This document shows positions 44,244 through 54,926 of a DNA stretch of 64,000 bases, piece by piece. Source of the DNA: a virus. The translations under genes and the position numbers were made by a program. How positions within the stretch are numbered: the stretch's first letter is position 1; every line of letters starts with the position of its first letter. The notes below the pieces were generated by a model. The model did no database searches, was not told the DNA's origin, and worked only from the letters and a program-made list of their open reading frames with translations. Location of the stretch: positions 1-64,000 of IMG/VR virus record IMGVR_UViG_3300030105_002498; one strand, written 5' to 3'.

Positions 44244-45041
44244 ATGAGTTTAAAAGTAGAAGTAAGACCAATAGAAAGAAAGACATGGCATGGAAAAACT
44301 GGACATGAATCTTTTAAAAGACCTGTCAAGTTAAAAGCATTAGTCGATGGAGATACTATGGAGTATGCAACAGGAATGAGTCCTCAAGAAATTAAAGAGT
44401 ATTCAGAGATTTTAGGACAGAATTTAAGTCCTATTTTCAATCCAGATACTCCTCACCCATTTTGGGATTCAGCTATGGCTACTATAAATTTAGAGAACAG
44501 CACATTGTTTCTCGACCCCCAAAGACCAATTGAATTCGTGAAAATCAAATTCATGAAAGCAAGTAGATTCGTTGCAAACTCTATGAGAGAATACGAACAA
44601 GGTTTATTCCCAGATGCTACGCATGTGATTAGTGACGAAAGAGAAGAAGTGGATGCAAGAGCAAGTAAAATTGAAATGAAAAAGAACGCAGTTATTAAAT
44701 CTGCGGGACTTGGAAAAGAAAGAAAGATAAGTTTGATTATGGTACTTGCAGGTAAAAACCTTAAAGGAAAATCAGACAATTTCATTGAAGTAGAATTGGA
44801 CAAAATTGTTCAAGGACAATCAAGAGAAGTTTTAAGACATATTGATATGGATGCAGAAGATGTATCAGCACATGCTTTAGTCTTAGAATGTTTACAGAAA
44901 AGTGTACTTATGAAACAAGGACACAAAATTTTCTACCATGACAACTTCTTAGGAGGTGACGTATTAGATGTGATAACCTACTTAAAACAACCAGATAACC
45001 AACAATTGAAATTAAGATTGATGGCTGCTGTTAACGATTAA
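44244..45041 (+). CDS. conserved crAss-like head-region protein
   Basis: Position after the capsid gene; PFWD and FVANS motifs. Confidence 0.6.
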   Translation: MSLKVEVRPIERKTWHGKTGHESFKRPVKLKALVDGDTMEYATGMSPQEIKEYSEILGQNLSPIFNPDTPHPFWDSAMATINLENSTLFLDPQRPIEFVKIKFMKASRFVANSMREYEQGLFPDATHVISDEREEVDARASKIEMKKNAVIKSAGLGKERKISLIMVLAGKNLKGKSDNFIEVELDKIVQGQSREVLRHIDMDAEDVSAHALVLECLQKSVLMKQGHKIFYHDNFLGGDVLDVITYLKQPDNQQLKLRLMAAVND

Positions 45042-45043
45042 TT

Positions 45044-45751
45044 ATGACTATAAAGGAAATGCACTTTGACGTAAAGATGAAGCTTAATAAAGTGGATAGC
45101 CAAAGCTATAGGAATCTAAAAGTTCCTGAGATAGATTGGGCATTGAATGAAGCTTTAGAACTCTTTATTAAAATGGTAGCTTTCCCTAGGATTAAGACTC
45201 GACTAGGTTTTGAAAATGTACAAAGAAATACAGATAATATTAGGACTCTAGTGATTTCATCAGGAACTTTACCAGTAGTTGGAAATGTTTTTCCAATTAC
45301 AGGTCCTTTAAACTACTGGCACTTTATTTCTGGAAATGTTACTATAACAAAAGAGAATTGCACAAAACAAGCAAGAATAAAGATTAGACAACACGATGAT
45401 GAATTTGAGTCTAGTCCTTTTGATAAATCTTCATTTGAGTGGAGAACTGTGAATGCAGTTTTTAATTCAGGAGGATTGAGTTTTTTTACCGACGGTACAT
45501 TTGCAATAACAAGTGCAGAAATTCAGTACGTGAGGCGACCTGCCTATATACACAATGCTGGAGATTATGCAGGAGGGACGTATATTTTACCATCTGGTGT
45601 AACTTTATCTGGTACGCAAGATTGCGAATTGCCAATGGAGACACACCGAGAGATTGTGGATATTGCAGTTTTAATTCTATCAGGACAACTTCAAACTTCT
45701 GATTACCAATTGAAATTCAGTAAACTCAACTTTAACAACTTAAATAACTAA
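45044..45751 (+). CDS. tail ring / head-tail adaptor protein
   Basis: MT..EM...EIDWALNEA...YVRRP...CELP...H.EIVDIAV pattern. Confidence 0.75.
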   Translation: MTIKEMHFDVKMKLNKVDSQSYRNLKVPEIDWALNEALELFIKMVAFPRIKTRLGFENVQRNTDNIRTLVISSGTLPVVGNVFPITGPLNYWHFISGNVTITKENCTKQARIKIRQHDDEFESSPFDKSSFEWRTVNAVFNSGGLSFFTDGTFAITSAEIQYVRRPAYIHNAGDYAGGTYILPSGVTLSGTQDCELPMETHREIVDIAVLILSGQLQTSDYQLKFSKLNFNNLNN

Positions 45752-45755
45752 CGTT

Positions 45756-46973
45756 ATGTCAATTAACAATGATGTTTTTACAGTAATTGTATCAACAGGA
45801 AACTCTGCACTTATTGCAGCAGGAAATCCAATCTCTGCTTTAGCAGTTAACCAAATGGGATTCTTTGATGCTAAGACAAACCTCTCTATCACTACACCAG
45901 CGAGAGAATTCTTTATCGCAATTGGTAAAGATACTACTGGTGGAGCTGTGGTAAATGAGATTAAAACTTCAGCAGGACAAAAAGTCCAAAAGGAGAACAT
46001 TCGAGCTTTAAGCTTTAGAGAGCACTCAGCTTCACAACCAATGATTGTGAAAGTAGCAGATTATGCTGCTGATTGTGATTCAGACTACACTATCAGAGTG
46101 GAGTTTAGAAATCAAGAAATTTATCGAAGACAAGGGTACAACCAATTTACAAAAGCATATTCAGTAAGAACTGCTTGTTGTGAAGATTGTGCATCATGTC
46201 CTTCAGGAGATGCTAACGAAATCACTAGTCTTTTGATTAATGAGATAGCAATTCAAAAAGATGGATTGTTGACTACAAACCCAATTGCAAGACAGGCTAT
46301 GACAATTGCAACACAAGGGGTAGCTGCAAACTATGCTGCTGGAGATGTTATTCTTGTAGCTGATTTAGCTGTAATGATTGCATACAATGCAGTTCAGACT
46401 GATGATACTTTGAAAGTATATAGTGACATTGAGTTAACTAGTACTGAATTAGCTATCAAAGCTTTCTGTGCTATTAACGTGGCTTACTTCAAACCAAGAC
46501 AAACTGAATTAATCATCTCTTTAGTTGATGGATTTGGATGTACTGGAACAGTAAGTACAACTCAAAACCTTGCTTATGAAGAAGGACATGGGTATGATGT
46601 ACAACAAAAAGAATACCATGCAGGTGGATGGGATAACAACCCAGGACCATACCGAGTAAATGTATCAACAGGATTAGCGAGAGCTATTAACTATGATGCA
46701 GTTGTCTCTGAAAAGTATGACCAATTTGCATTAACTTATGACCAATACTCAGTAGCAGGTTGGGGTGAAAACCGTAACAACCTAGCAACTATTGTTGCTA
46801 TTCCTGCAACTAGTACAGTTACAAGAAATAGTTTTGCTACAGTTTTAGATGCGGTTACCGCAGGATTAGGTTTTGACCCTTTAGCTAACGATGCTGCTGC
46901 GGCAAATGTTAATCCAGCAATTGTTGTACCTACGACTGATATTGATGATGTTACATTGGATGGAGATGCCTAA
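45756..46973 (+). CDS. virion structural protein (possible auxiliary capsid protein)
   Basis: 405 aa, Ala/Thr-rich, in the structural block. Confidence 0.6.
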   Translation: MSINNDVFTVIVSTGNSALIAAGNPISALAVNQMGFFDAKTNLSITTPAREFFIAIGKDTTGGAVVNEIKTSAGQKVQKENIRALSFREHSASQPMIVKVADYAADCDSDYTIRVEFRNQEIYRRQGYNQFTKAYSVRTACCEDCASCPSGDANEITSLLINEIAIQKDGLLTTNPIARQAMTIATQGVAANYAAGDVILVADLAVMIAYNAVQTDDTLKVYSDIELTSTELAIKAFCAINVAYFKPRQTELIISLVDGFGCTGTVSTTQNLAYEEGHGYDVQQKEYHAGGWDNNPGPYRVNVSTGLARAINYDAVVSEKYDQFALTYDQYSVAGWGENRNNLATIVAIPATSTVTRNSFATVLDAVTAGLGFDPLANDAAAANVNPAIVVPTTDIDDVTLDGDA

Positions 46974-47016
46974 TTAGGTATCTTCTCCAATCTTTTAACA
47001 TTGGAAAAGACCATTT

Positions 47017-47592
47017 ATGATTATAGTAAATGACATAAACATTAGCAGCGATAGCTCATCATTAGATGTGTCTATTGCTGCTCCTGTCGGTGAAGTCTTT
47101 GTTTCAGGTAGTATTTGGACTTCAAGTACTTACAAGAGCCTTACGACTTTGATTGACCTAACATCTTTAATGAGTGGAACACTATTAGAGGTTTTTTCTA
47201 TTCCAGTAGCTACTATTGGAGAAACAGCTTTTAATGGAGTTTTCTTTTTAGAGTTTACTACAGATTTGGGAACTACTAGGACTGTAGCTGTAAGTAATTT
47301 GACAATTTACAACCAATGTATTTTAGATAAATTACTCAAGGTTACTTTAATTGATTGTACACCTGTAGAAGTTAATGATTGTAATGAATCAGAACCTTCC
47401 ACTATCTCTACAATAAACACTTTTTTAGAGGGATTATATTTTGCCTTAGAGCAACAAGATTTTCTCTCAATTCAAAAAATCGAAATTTGCATACAAAAAT
47501 TGTGTTGTAATGATTGTGGTTGTACTGATACAACAAACACAGACAATCTTACAGGAAATACAATCTTTGCTAATGCCGTTGTAAAATATTAA
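47017..47592 (+). CDS. virion structural protein (possible fibre-attachment hub)
   Basis: Beta-rich N-terminus with a CCNDCGC cluster; precedes the fibre genes. Confidence 0.5.
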   Translation: MIIVNDINISSDSSSLDVSIAAPVGEVFVSGSIWTSSTYKSLTTLIDLTSLMSGTLLEVFSIPVATIGETAFNGVFFLEFTTDLGTTRTVAVSNLTIYNQCILDKLLKVTLIDCTPVEVNDCNESEPSTISTINTFLEGLYFALEQQDFLSIQKIEICIQKLCCNDCGCTDTTNTDNLTGNTIFANAVVKY

Positions 47593-47609
47593 AATAAAAT
47601 AAATAAGCT

Positions 47610-48797
47610 ATGTTAAACAAAAAATTCAACAACTTACCTCTTTTAGACCAAATTAAAAGATTACACCAACAAATTAACAAACTGAATGGTGTTTTAAATA
47701 ATGGGTCAGCTAAATTCACTTCTACATATATTCCTTTTGGACAGGGAGATGGAGACTTAACTGAAAATGCTCAATTCGTTTTAGTGAATCCTACTTCAAT
47801 GACGGCTCAGAAAAGTTTGTTAATTAATAGAGAAGGAATAGGTCCTAGTAATGGTGCTTGGGGTGCTCTTGATGTATTGGCAGGGGAGTCTTACGGAATC
47901 AACTTCGGAGTAACGGATGGAGGTACTGCTATAGATGGGTTTGGAGGTTCTGATTCTCGATCTTATTTTACAAAAGTAAAAGGAACTACTGTTCAAGCAA
48001 TTGCAGGTATTGGTTCTCTAGCTCCATTAGTTAATGGAGAAAATATACAAGCCAATGAGTTTCGATCTAGTCACTCTTTAAGAATGAATGCGAGAGGTGG
48101 AATGAATAGCGTTTCCGTAAATACAATTAGAGGAGATGGAAATCATTCTGTAGATTATAAATGGTTTTCTGCTAACGCTACAAATTCTGGTTACGGAAGT
48201 CTTGCTACAGAGATATTTGTGATGAATGGAGAAACTGGACAGATAACTTTTAGTAAATACGGAACAGGTGCAATGAGTGCTGCAACGTTGGGAAAAGTAG
48301 AGTCAGGATATGTGACAGTAAGTGCAACGGATGGAACTCAATTAGATAAACCTATTGCAGATTTAGGCGCAAAGTCGTTTGCTAGTTTTGGAATGGCTTT
48401 TAATTCGTCTGGCGTAGTTACAGGAAATGCTTTAAACTGGCAGGCTAGAGTGTCCAATAATGCAGGAATAACTTTGACTAATAGTAGCAGAACGATAACA
48501 CTACCCGCAAATTCGGGATGGTACGAAGTTACAGCAGGTTTTGGTATCAGCATGACATTGGCAACTGATTTTGTAGAATTTAATACTGCTGCCACTACAG
48601 GTGCAATTGCAAATAGTACCAAATCACGACACATTCCAAGCACGTCAACTAGTAACAATTCTCCTAATAATATAAACACATCTTACATTAATACTGCATC
48701 AGGAGCAGTAGCATTTGAGGTACGAGTAACAGCTTATTCAGGTTCAATTGAAATAGAGTCAGACAACACTTTTTTAATAGTAAAACAAATAAACTAA
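47610..48797 (+). CDS. fibre protein 1
   Basis: N-terminal coiled coil (FNNLPLLDQIKRL), G/S/T/N-rich body, C1q/BclA-like C-terminus (ITLP..GWYEV...FLIVKQI). Confidence 0.7.
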   Translation: MLNKKFNNLPLLDQIKRLHQQINKLNGVLNNGSAKFTSTYIPFGQGDGDLTENAQFVLVNPTSMTAQKSLLINREGIGPSNGAWGALDVLAGESYGINFGVTDGGTAIDGFGGSDSRSYFTKVKGTTVQAIAGIGSLAPLVNGENIQANEFRSSHSLRMNARGGMNSVSVNTIRGDGNHSVDYKWFSANATNSGYGSLATEIFVMNGETGQITFSKYGTGAMSAATLGKVESGYVTVSATDGTQLDKPIADLGAKSFASFGMAFNSSGVVTGNALNWQARVSNNAGITLTNSSRTITLPANSGWYEVTAGFGISMTLATDFVEFNTAATTGAIANSTKSRHIPSTSTSNNSPNNINTSYINTASGAVAFEVRVTAYSGSIEIESDNTFLIVKQIN

Positions 48798-48800
48798 AAT

Positions 48801-48860
48801 ATGTTAAATAGAAAATTTAATAGCCTACCTCTATTGGAGCAAACTAAGAAACAAAGATAA
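48801..48860 (+). pseudogene. 19-codon stub of a fibre gene (MLNRKFNSLPLLEQTKKQR)
   Basis: Near-copy of the fibre 1 N-terminus MLNKKFNNLPLLDQIK. Confidence 0.7.
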
Positions 48861-48881
48861 AATTAATAAAAAAAATATATT

Positions 48882-50762
48882 ATGAATAGTCATTTTAAAA
48901 ACAAACCGCCTTTAGAGCAAATTAATAGATTGCATAAAGAAATTCATCTTTTGGAAAAAAGGTTAAATGAAAATAGTGGAAACTTTCCCTCAAACTTTAC
49001 CTATAAATCTATTGTATTTGTAGATGCTAGTGGTAATGCAACAGAAGACAATGCTAATTTGAGATTTGAGTCTGCGACAATAGTGGTAGGTGATTATATG
49101 AGATTAGGTTCTAATAGAGTAAGATGGGGGTTAGCTGGAGATAATAATTTTGCAGAAGATTGGGGAGGGGATAGATTTAGAACTAAGCATACCAACAGTA
49201 CTAATGGTGGTTTAACTAACGTCTCTACTACAATTGGAGGTACAGGAGCAGTTCCTACTGAAACATCAAATGGTCAGATATTATTTCAGGACCTATATCG
49301 AACTAGGGATTCTAATAGTGAAAATTATAGAGGTGGTGTAACTACACGTCTTAGTAAAGACGGACCTGCTCATAAACTAAACTGGAAATTCGATAGTGGT
49401 AATCTTGGGGAAACTATACTTGAAATTGGAGGGGAAAATGATACTTTAAAACTTAATAAATACGGTAAAGTAAATCCAACTCAAACTATAGCGAATACTG
49501 GGGGAAATTATACCAATAATTCAACTATTCCATTTTTCAGTAACGAGGGAATATTTACGGAATCCAATGATTTTTTTACTGGGAAAAACACGTCAGGAAG
49601 TGCAAATAGTTTTCTATCAATTGGAGGAGTCAAAAACGTTCCTTTGAATACTGGAAATAGTACTTTCGTAGTTTTTGAAGCTACTAATCCTAGTTATGGA
49701 AATACCTTTGCTGTTACTGATGACCAAACTTTCTTATACAAAGGAGGTCATGGCTACCAAGCTTTTCACATAAGTGTTCATGGGGGAACTGATAACAGAA
49801 ATGCAGCTACCTTTGATCCTGTTGGGAGAGCAGGGGTGAGTCCTGGAGGTTACAGAATATCAGCAGCAACTAATGGAAGTGGAACGGGGTCAACTGGGGA
49901 CTTTCAAGTCTCTATGCTTGCTGAAGTAAATGTTGAAGAGGATGGACTAAATATGAAGTTATCCAATGGTCCTTTTACAAATCAAGATACTTACACATGG
50001 ATAACTCTTTTAGCTAAGAATAAAGCTATCCAGTTTGCTAGATTTAATAGACCAACTTTAGAGCAGACAACTGCTGATACAAATGGTAACTACACCAAAA
50101 GAAGTACTATACCATTCTTTTCTGATGAAGGTATAATTACTGAGAGTCCCACTTTAACGTTTGACACTACTTTAGATTATTTAGTAGTAAAATCCCCGTC
50201 AGAAGATTTTGAATCTAAGTACGGAGGACCTTCTTATGCACATTATCCAGTATCTTCTCATCATTATAGTAATGTAGGTGTATCTTCAAGTAGAAACACA
50301 TACTCTAGAAGTGGAGGTACGGCTGCAATCCCAACAGATGCCCCTAATGCTGTAGTACCTATGATGAATAGATACTATGCAACATTAGGAGGAGCAGAGG
50401 TAATACAAGCTCAAGACGGACTTTATATGTCTGATGTAGCAAATAACGAAGCATTTTGGTGCTGGCAAGGGTCTTCTGGAGCTTACTCTCCTACTGGATC
50501 AAATGTAGTAGGTAGATTACACTCAATAAGTGGAGTATTTGAATTACCTAAATACGGAGCAGGTACAAAAACTGCAACTACTTTAAGTAAGACTCCTTCT
50601 ACGGGTCTTGCACAATTTGCAACAGATGGAACTGTACTTGATAAAGCTATATCTGTACAAGCTAGTACTGCTGCTGCTGCTGCTGATGGTACATTACTTA
50701 CTAATGAAGTTTTCATGGTAACTAATGGAGATGGTACTTCTGCACTACATATTAAAAACTAA
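48882..50762 (+). CDS. fibre protein 2
   Basis: Shared N-terminal motif (FKNKPPLEQINRL); internal repeat GNYT..STIPFFS.EGI.TES x2. Confidence 0.7.
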   Translation: MNSHFKNKPPLEQINRLHKEIHLLEKRLNENSGNFPSNFTYKSIVFVDASGNATEDNANLRFESATIVVGDYMRLGSNRVRWGLAGDNNFAEDWGGDRFRTKHTNSTNGGLTNVSTTIGGTGAVPTETSNGQILFQDLYRTRDSNSENYRGGVTTRLSKDGPAHKLNWKFDSGNLGETILEIGGENDTLKLNKYGKVNPTQTIANTGGNYTNNSTIPFFSNEGIFTESNDFFTGKNTSGSANSFLSIGGVKNVPLNTGNSTFVVFEATNPSYGNTFAVTDDQTFLYKGGHGYQAFHISVHGGTDNRNAATFDPVGRAGVSPGGYRISAATNGSGTGSTGDFQVSMLAEVNVEEDGLNMKLSNGPFTNQDTYTWITLLAKNKAIQFARFNRPTLEQTTADTNGNYTKRSTIPFFSDEGIITESPTLTFDTTLDYLVVKSPSEDFESKYGGPSYAHYPVSSHHYSNVGVSSSRNTYSRSGGTAAIPTDAPNAVVPMMNRYYATLGGAEVIQAQDGLYMSDVANNEAFWCWQGSSGAYSPTGSNVVGRLHSISGVFELPKYGAGTKTATTLSKTPSTGLAQFATDGTVLDKAISVQASTAAAAADGTLLTNEVFMVTNGDGTSALHIKN

Positions 50763-50767
50763 ATAGA

Positions 50768-50974
50768 ATGGAAACATTACTAAAAAATATATTGTGCCAA
50801 ATAGATAGAATGAAAGTTTTAGGAAAAGATGTTGATTCAACTTCCCTAAATCTTTTATCTCTACTATTAAAATATCAGACTTACACTACTGCACACAGTC
50901 TGACTGAGTATTCTGATAAGATAGATAAACTCCTCTTCCAACTTGAAACTTCCTGTTGTAAGATTTCAAAATAA
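50768..50974 (+). CDS. small structural or assembly protein
   Basis: 68 aa, helical, ending SCCK. Confidence 0.55.
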   Translation: METLLKNILCQIDRMKVLGKDVDSTSLNLLSLLLKYQTYTTAHSLTEYSDKIDKLLFQLETSCCKISK

Positions 50975-52717
50975 GTGAAGATGAATGATAATTTTCCAAC
51001 AGGAAACTTTCAAAAACAGATAGAGTGGTTACGAAGACAGATAATTTGCATTAAAACTGATTGCTGTGATGGAGGAGTGAATATATATACTACTTCTCTT
51101 AGTCTTGAAGATGATAGAGAGGTTACTATGGCAGAGAAGAATTTAAGTTTCTTATCTGATACAGGTACATTCTTAGCTAGTGTTACAGGAGGTACTAATA
51201 ACCACTACTTTAAACTAACGAGTACTGGACCTTCTTTACAATACTTTGATGGAGCAGTTAAGAGTTCAGTTGTAGCAACAGTTACAACCTTGGACTTAGC
51301 TTACGTTGATGGTACTGGAACTTCAGCACTCTCTATAAAAGGGACTGGCATAGATTTAACCTTGGGAGCTTCTAAAGACTTGAGGATTAATTCTAATCCA
51401 GGTACAAATGGACAGTTAATGGTTTCTCAAGGACCTAACTTACCTCCAGTATGGTCTACTGTATCTTCTCCTGCAAACAGTAACTATGCTATTGCAGATT
51501 TAGTAGCTGATAATGCTAGAGCACACACCTGGGCAGGATTTAACCTTACTGAGAACTTCACTACAGGAACTAAATTCCTTACTTTTATAAATGGTGCAGC
51601 GATAAATACAATAAGTAATTCGTCAAGTGGTCATGGGACTAGTGTAACTAATGGGACATCTACTTCAGGATTACTAATAGTTCCTGCTCTTTCACAACTC
51701 AATTTTGTAAATGGAGGAGATACTGTTCAAATGTCAGCAAGTTCAGCAGGAGTTTCTATAAATCTTGCAGGGAACACTTCTTTACTAATCAATGCTTCAG
51801 CAGGTGTAGTAGGAGAAGTTCTTACTTCGCAAGGAAGTACTACAGCTCCCATTTGGACTGCTTTACCAGCAAGTGGAAGTAACAATATAAGTTTCATTGC
51901 TTTTGGAACTAATTATAGTATAACAGATGGGGCAGGAACTTTATCAACTCCAATAGTCAATTGGGCATACTCAAATTTGACTGTAACAACCCCTCGTACT
52001 CACACTATTGATGCATTAGTAACTTATAACTTTGGTGCAAATAACCAAGTAAAGAATTTCACTACTGGTGGAATAGACTTTGATGCTATTGATGGAACTG
52101 AAGTAAATGGATTTACATTCCACTCTGGACAAACTTTTATATCTACTGGAATAACTGGAGGAGATTCTACTAGTTTGAACATGATAGGAGGAGCAACTAA
52201 CCTTACTCACACACAAGCTGGAGGCAGAGTTAAAAGCTTATCTTTCCAACTTAACTCAGTTGAGATGTATAGTATTCTAGCAGGGTCAAGTTCAAGAATG
52301 AAATTAGTGACAGAAGAGATTGCACAAATCTTAGTGACAAATGGAACTAAAATTTCAGAAATTGTTATAGACACAAGTACTATCAATCTGAAATTTACTG
52401 GTACAGATTTGAGGTTAAATGGAAGTGCAGGATTAGATGGAGAAGTACTAACTTCAAAAGGACCTGGAGTTGCTCCAGTATGGGGTAAGAAATTAGATTA
52501 CTTTGTTATAGCAGCAGGTGCAGAAACTTTTGTAACAGTTACAGGAGCATCTTTACCAATATTAACTGCTGAAATTTTAGTTACTAAGAATGGAATAGTT
52601 CTTAGACCTGATGCAACAAATGGATATACTCACGTAGCAGCTACAGGAGTTGTCACTTTTAATGGAACAAGTTCTCCTTTAGCAACAAGTGATGAAATCT
52701 ATATACAATATAAATAA
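50975..52717 (+). CDS. fibre protein 3
   Basis: Related N-terminus (FQKQIEWLRRQI); three G..G(Q/E).L.S.G...(P/A)P.W repeats typical of fibres. Confidence 0.72.
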   Translation: MKMNDNFPTGNFQKQIEWLRRQIICIKTDCCDGGVNIYTTSLSLEDDREVTMAEKNLSFLSDTGTFLASVTGGTNNHYFKLTSTGPSLQYFDGAVKSSVVATVTTLDLAYVDGTGTSALSIKGTGIDLTLGASKDLRINSNPGTNGQLMVSQGPNLPPVWSTVSSPANSNYAIADLVADNARAHTWAGFNLTENFTTGTKFLTFINGAAINTISNSSSGHGTSVTNGTSTSGLLIVPALSQLNFVNGGDTVQMSASSAGVSINLAGNTSLLINASAGVVGEVLTSQGSTTAPIWTALPASGSNNISFIAFGTNYSITDGAGTLSTPIVNWAYSNLTVTTPRTHTIDALVTYNFGANNQVKNFTTGGIDFDAIDGTEVNGFTFHSGQTFISTGITGGDSTSLNMIGGATNLTHTQAGGRVKSLSFQLNSVEMYSILAGSSSRMKLVTEEIAQILVTNGTKISEIVIDTSTINLKFTGTDLRLNGSAGLDGEVLTSKGPGVAPVWGKKLDYFVIAAGAETFVTVTGASLPILTAEILVTKNGIVLRPDATNGYTHVAATGVVTFNGTSSPLATSDEIYIQYK

Positions 52718-52730
52718 AGTATAGAATTTT

Positions 52731-52761
52731 TTGGACTTTAACTAAAAAATATTTATCTTTG
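52731..52761 (+). promoter_or_regulatory. Bacteroidota housekeeping promoter TTG-N20-TATCTTTG
   Basis: Consensus match upstream of 52833 and the holin gene. Confidence 0.75.
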
Positions 52762-52832
52762 CGATGTACTGAGGATAGTCCTCCGAGTATTTTCATCAAT
52801 AGAAATCATATCTTAAACTTAAATTTTAAATT

Positions 52833-53093
52833 ATGTCAAAAGCAGAAAGTCCCGTATTAACTTTTCCAGAACCAATTCATCAAAGACTCCTTGAAATCGT
52901 TTTACAAGGCAAGCAGATTGAGCAGGAAAAAAATATTATTTTAGGTACTTACTTCTCAACCCTTAACATCGCAGACCCACAAAGTTACGATATTAATTTG
53001 GAAGCAAATACAATTACCAAACAAGAAAAAGTAGCTTCCGTTCCAGTTCCAGAATCAAAAGCACCTAAACGAAAAAGAAAAACAGTCAATTAA
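52833..53093 (+). CDS. hypothetical protein
   Basis: 86-aa ORF with a basic tail. Confidence 0.6.
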   Translation: MSKAESPVLTFPEPIHQRLLEIVLQGKQIEQEKNIILGTYFSTLNIADPQSYDINLEANTITKQEKVASVPVPESKAPKRKRKTVN

Positions 53094-53094
53094 A

Positions 53095-53622
53095 ATGGTG
53101 TTTAAAGTAGCTTATATAACAAAATTTTTTTTAGGAAAGAAGTCAGTTGTTCTGACTTCTTTCTTACTTAGCCTTTCCCTTGGAGGGATATTAAATCAAG
53201 TTTCAACCCGTGTCTCAACTAAAGACTTAGAAGGTTCAATCTTAGTGCTAGTAATTCTAGTTGGATTAACTGTATTCTTTTCTATTATAGATATGATTAC
53301 AGGAGTTTTAGCTAGACCCAAAGGGTCAAATATTAGTAGTGGTAAATGGGGAAACACAGTAGGAAAACTAGTATCTCTAGTTTTATACTTGAGCTTCAGT
53401 TTATTTCTAATGATTATTTTGTCAGATAATTACTTTGTTTTAGTAGTTCTGTTCTCCCCCTTAGTTTTAAACATCCTCAAAGAATATATAAGTATTGGGG
53501 AAAACTTAGAAAAACTTAATGGAAAAAAGCCTTATTTATTTTCTGTAGTAGATAAGATATTCTTAATGCTAGAAAATAAGTTTTTCACTCACGTCACAGA
53601 AAAAATTAATAAACTAGAATAA
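53095..53622 (+). CDS. holin (phage holin family 4-like)
   Basis: Three to four TM helices; DMITG...ISS.K...E..SIGENL signature. Confidence 0.75.
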   Translation: MVFKVAYITKFFLGKKSVVLTSFLLSLSLGGILNQVSTRVSTKDLEGSILVLVILVGLTVFFSIIDMITGVLARPKGSNISSGKWGNTVGKLVSLVLYLSFSLFLMIILSDNYFVLVVLFSPLVLNILKEYISIGENLEKLNGKKPYLFSVVDKIFLMLENKFFTHVTEKINKLE

Positions 53623-53623
53623 T

Positions 53624-54886
53624 ATGATTAATAAAGAATTGATTAACCACATACTATCAAACTCAGGACAATTAAGAGATAAGGAAACTTGGTATGATGT
53701 GGGAGAAAAATTTCATGTTACTGCCCCCGATGAAGACAAAGCTAAAATAGACAACACTTACAAGAAAAAAGCCGTAGCCAGGAAAGCTCAACAAATCTGG
53801 CAAAAATATATAGGTCAAAAGAATGACTTGAAATTAGACAGAGAAACTTATGTCAATGGAAAGTTAAAATTCGAGACCTTTAAGAAGAAGCCTGATTCAG
53901 CAGAAATGGATTTTGAAGGCTACAGTTTAGAGAGAGTTACCACCAATCCCTATGGTGGAATGTGGATGAAGTATAAGAAAGATGGACCAACCCCAGACAG
54001 CTTCAAAGAAATCCTAGAAGCTGGAAATATCGAAGCTTGGAATATAGATAGAAATATAATTAAAGGAGAATCAGACTTAATGGTTCTTATCTCTGATACT
54101 CATATTGGAGCGAAATCTAGTAATGGTGAAGCTTACACTAAAGAAGTATATCAAGCTAGATTAAAATCAATCACAGACAATGTAATTAATAATCAAACTG
54201 CACCTTACAAAAGGTTGATAGTAGTTCACTTAGGAGACTGGTTAGATAGTGTATTTACTAATAGTGATTCTAAAACAGGATTGACTACAAGAGGTGGGCA
54301 TGAGATGCCATCTTTATACTCTCCTGTGGAATCTTTTAAGATGGCTTATGAAACTCACCTGAGTTTTATTAAAACACTTAGAGCAGAGGTAGAGCATGAA
54401 TCTATGGAAGTTATAATGATGACCAATGCTAACCATGATTCTGATAGTGCTTTTGCAGCTTCAACTTGTTGTGAAATCCACTTAAAATACTTAGACCCTG
54501 AAATCAAATACACCACTTCAAGAGATTTTATTGAAACTTTGAAGGTGCAAGGAGTGACTATAGGACTTTCACATGGAAAGGACAGAGAGTATTTGAATAG
54601 ACCCTTACCTAGAGTGATGACAGAAAAGGTAGAGAATTACTTAATTTCCTACTGTCTGAATCATAACATTAATCCTAAAGAATTTATTTGTTTATCTGGA
54701 GACCAACATAATTGGTCAGATACTTTCTCACAAAATTTAAGGTATATCAAATGCCCATCTCTTTTTGGGTCTTCAGAGCATTCAGAAATGAATTATGGAA
54801 GGTCTATTATTGGATTTGTAACTGCGGAATTTAAGCCTGGAGCTACAATTAAAAATGGAGTCATTATAAAACCTGAACTATTATAA
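53624..54886 (+). CDS. calcineurin-like metallophosphoesterase
   Basis: SDTHIG, LGDWLD, NHD, SHG and GDQH motifs. Confidence 0.85.
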   Translation: MINKELINHILSNSGQLRDKETWYDVGEKFHVTAPDEDKAKIDNTYKKKAVARKAQQIWQKYIGQKNDLKLDRETYVNGKLKFETFKKKPDSAEMDFEGYSLERVTTNPYGGMWMKYKKDGPTPDSFKEILEAGNIEAWNIDRNIIKGESDLMVLISDTHIGAKSSNGEAYTKEVYQARLKSITDNVINNQTAPYKRLIVVHLGDWLDSVFTNSDSKTGLTTRGGHEMPSLYSPVESFKMAYETHLSFIKTLRAEVEHESMEVIMMTNANHDSDSAFAASTCCEIHLKYLDPEIKYTTSRDFIETLKVQGVTIGLSHGKDREYLNRPLPRVMTEKVENYLISYCLNHNINPKEFICLSGDQHNWSDTFSQNLRYIKCPSLFGSSEHSEMNYGRSIIGFVTAEFKPGATIKNGVIIKPELL

Positions 54887-54926
54887 TAGGTGTTTCATTT
54901 ATTGATTAATTTTTGTATATTTACAG

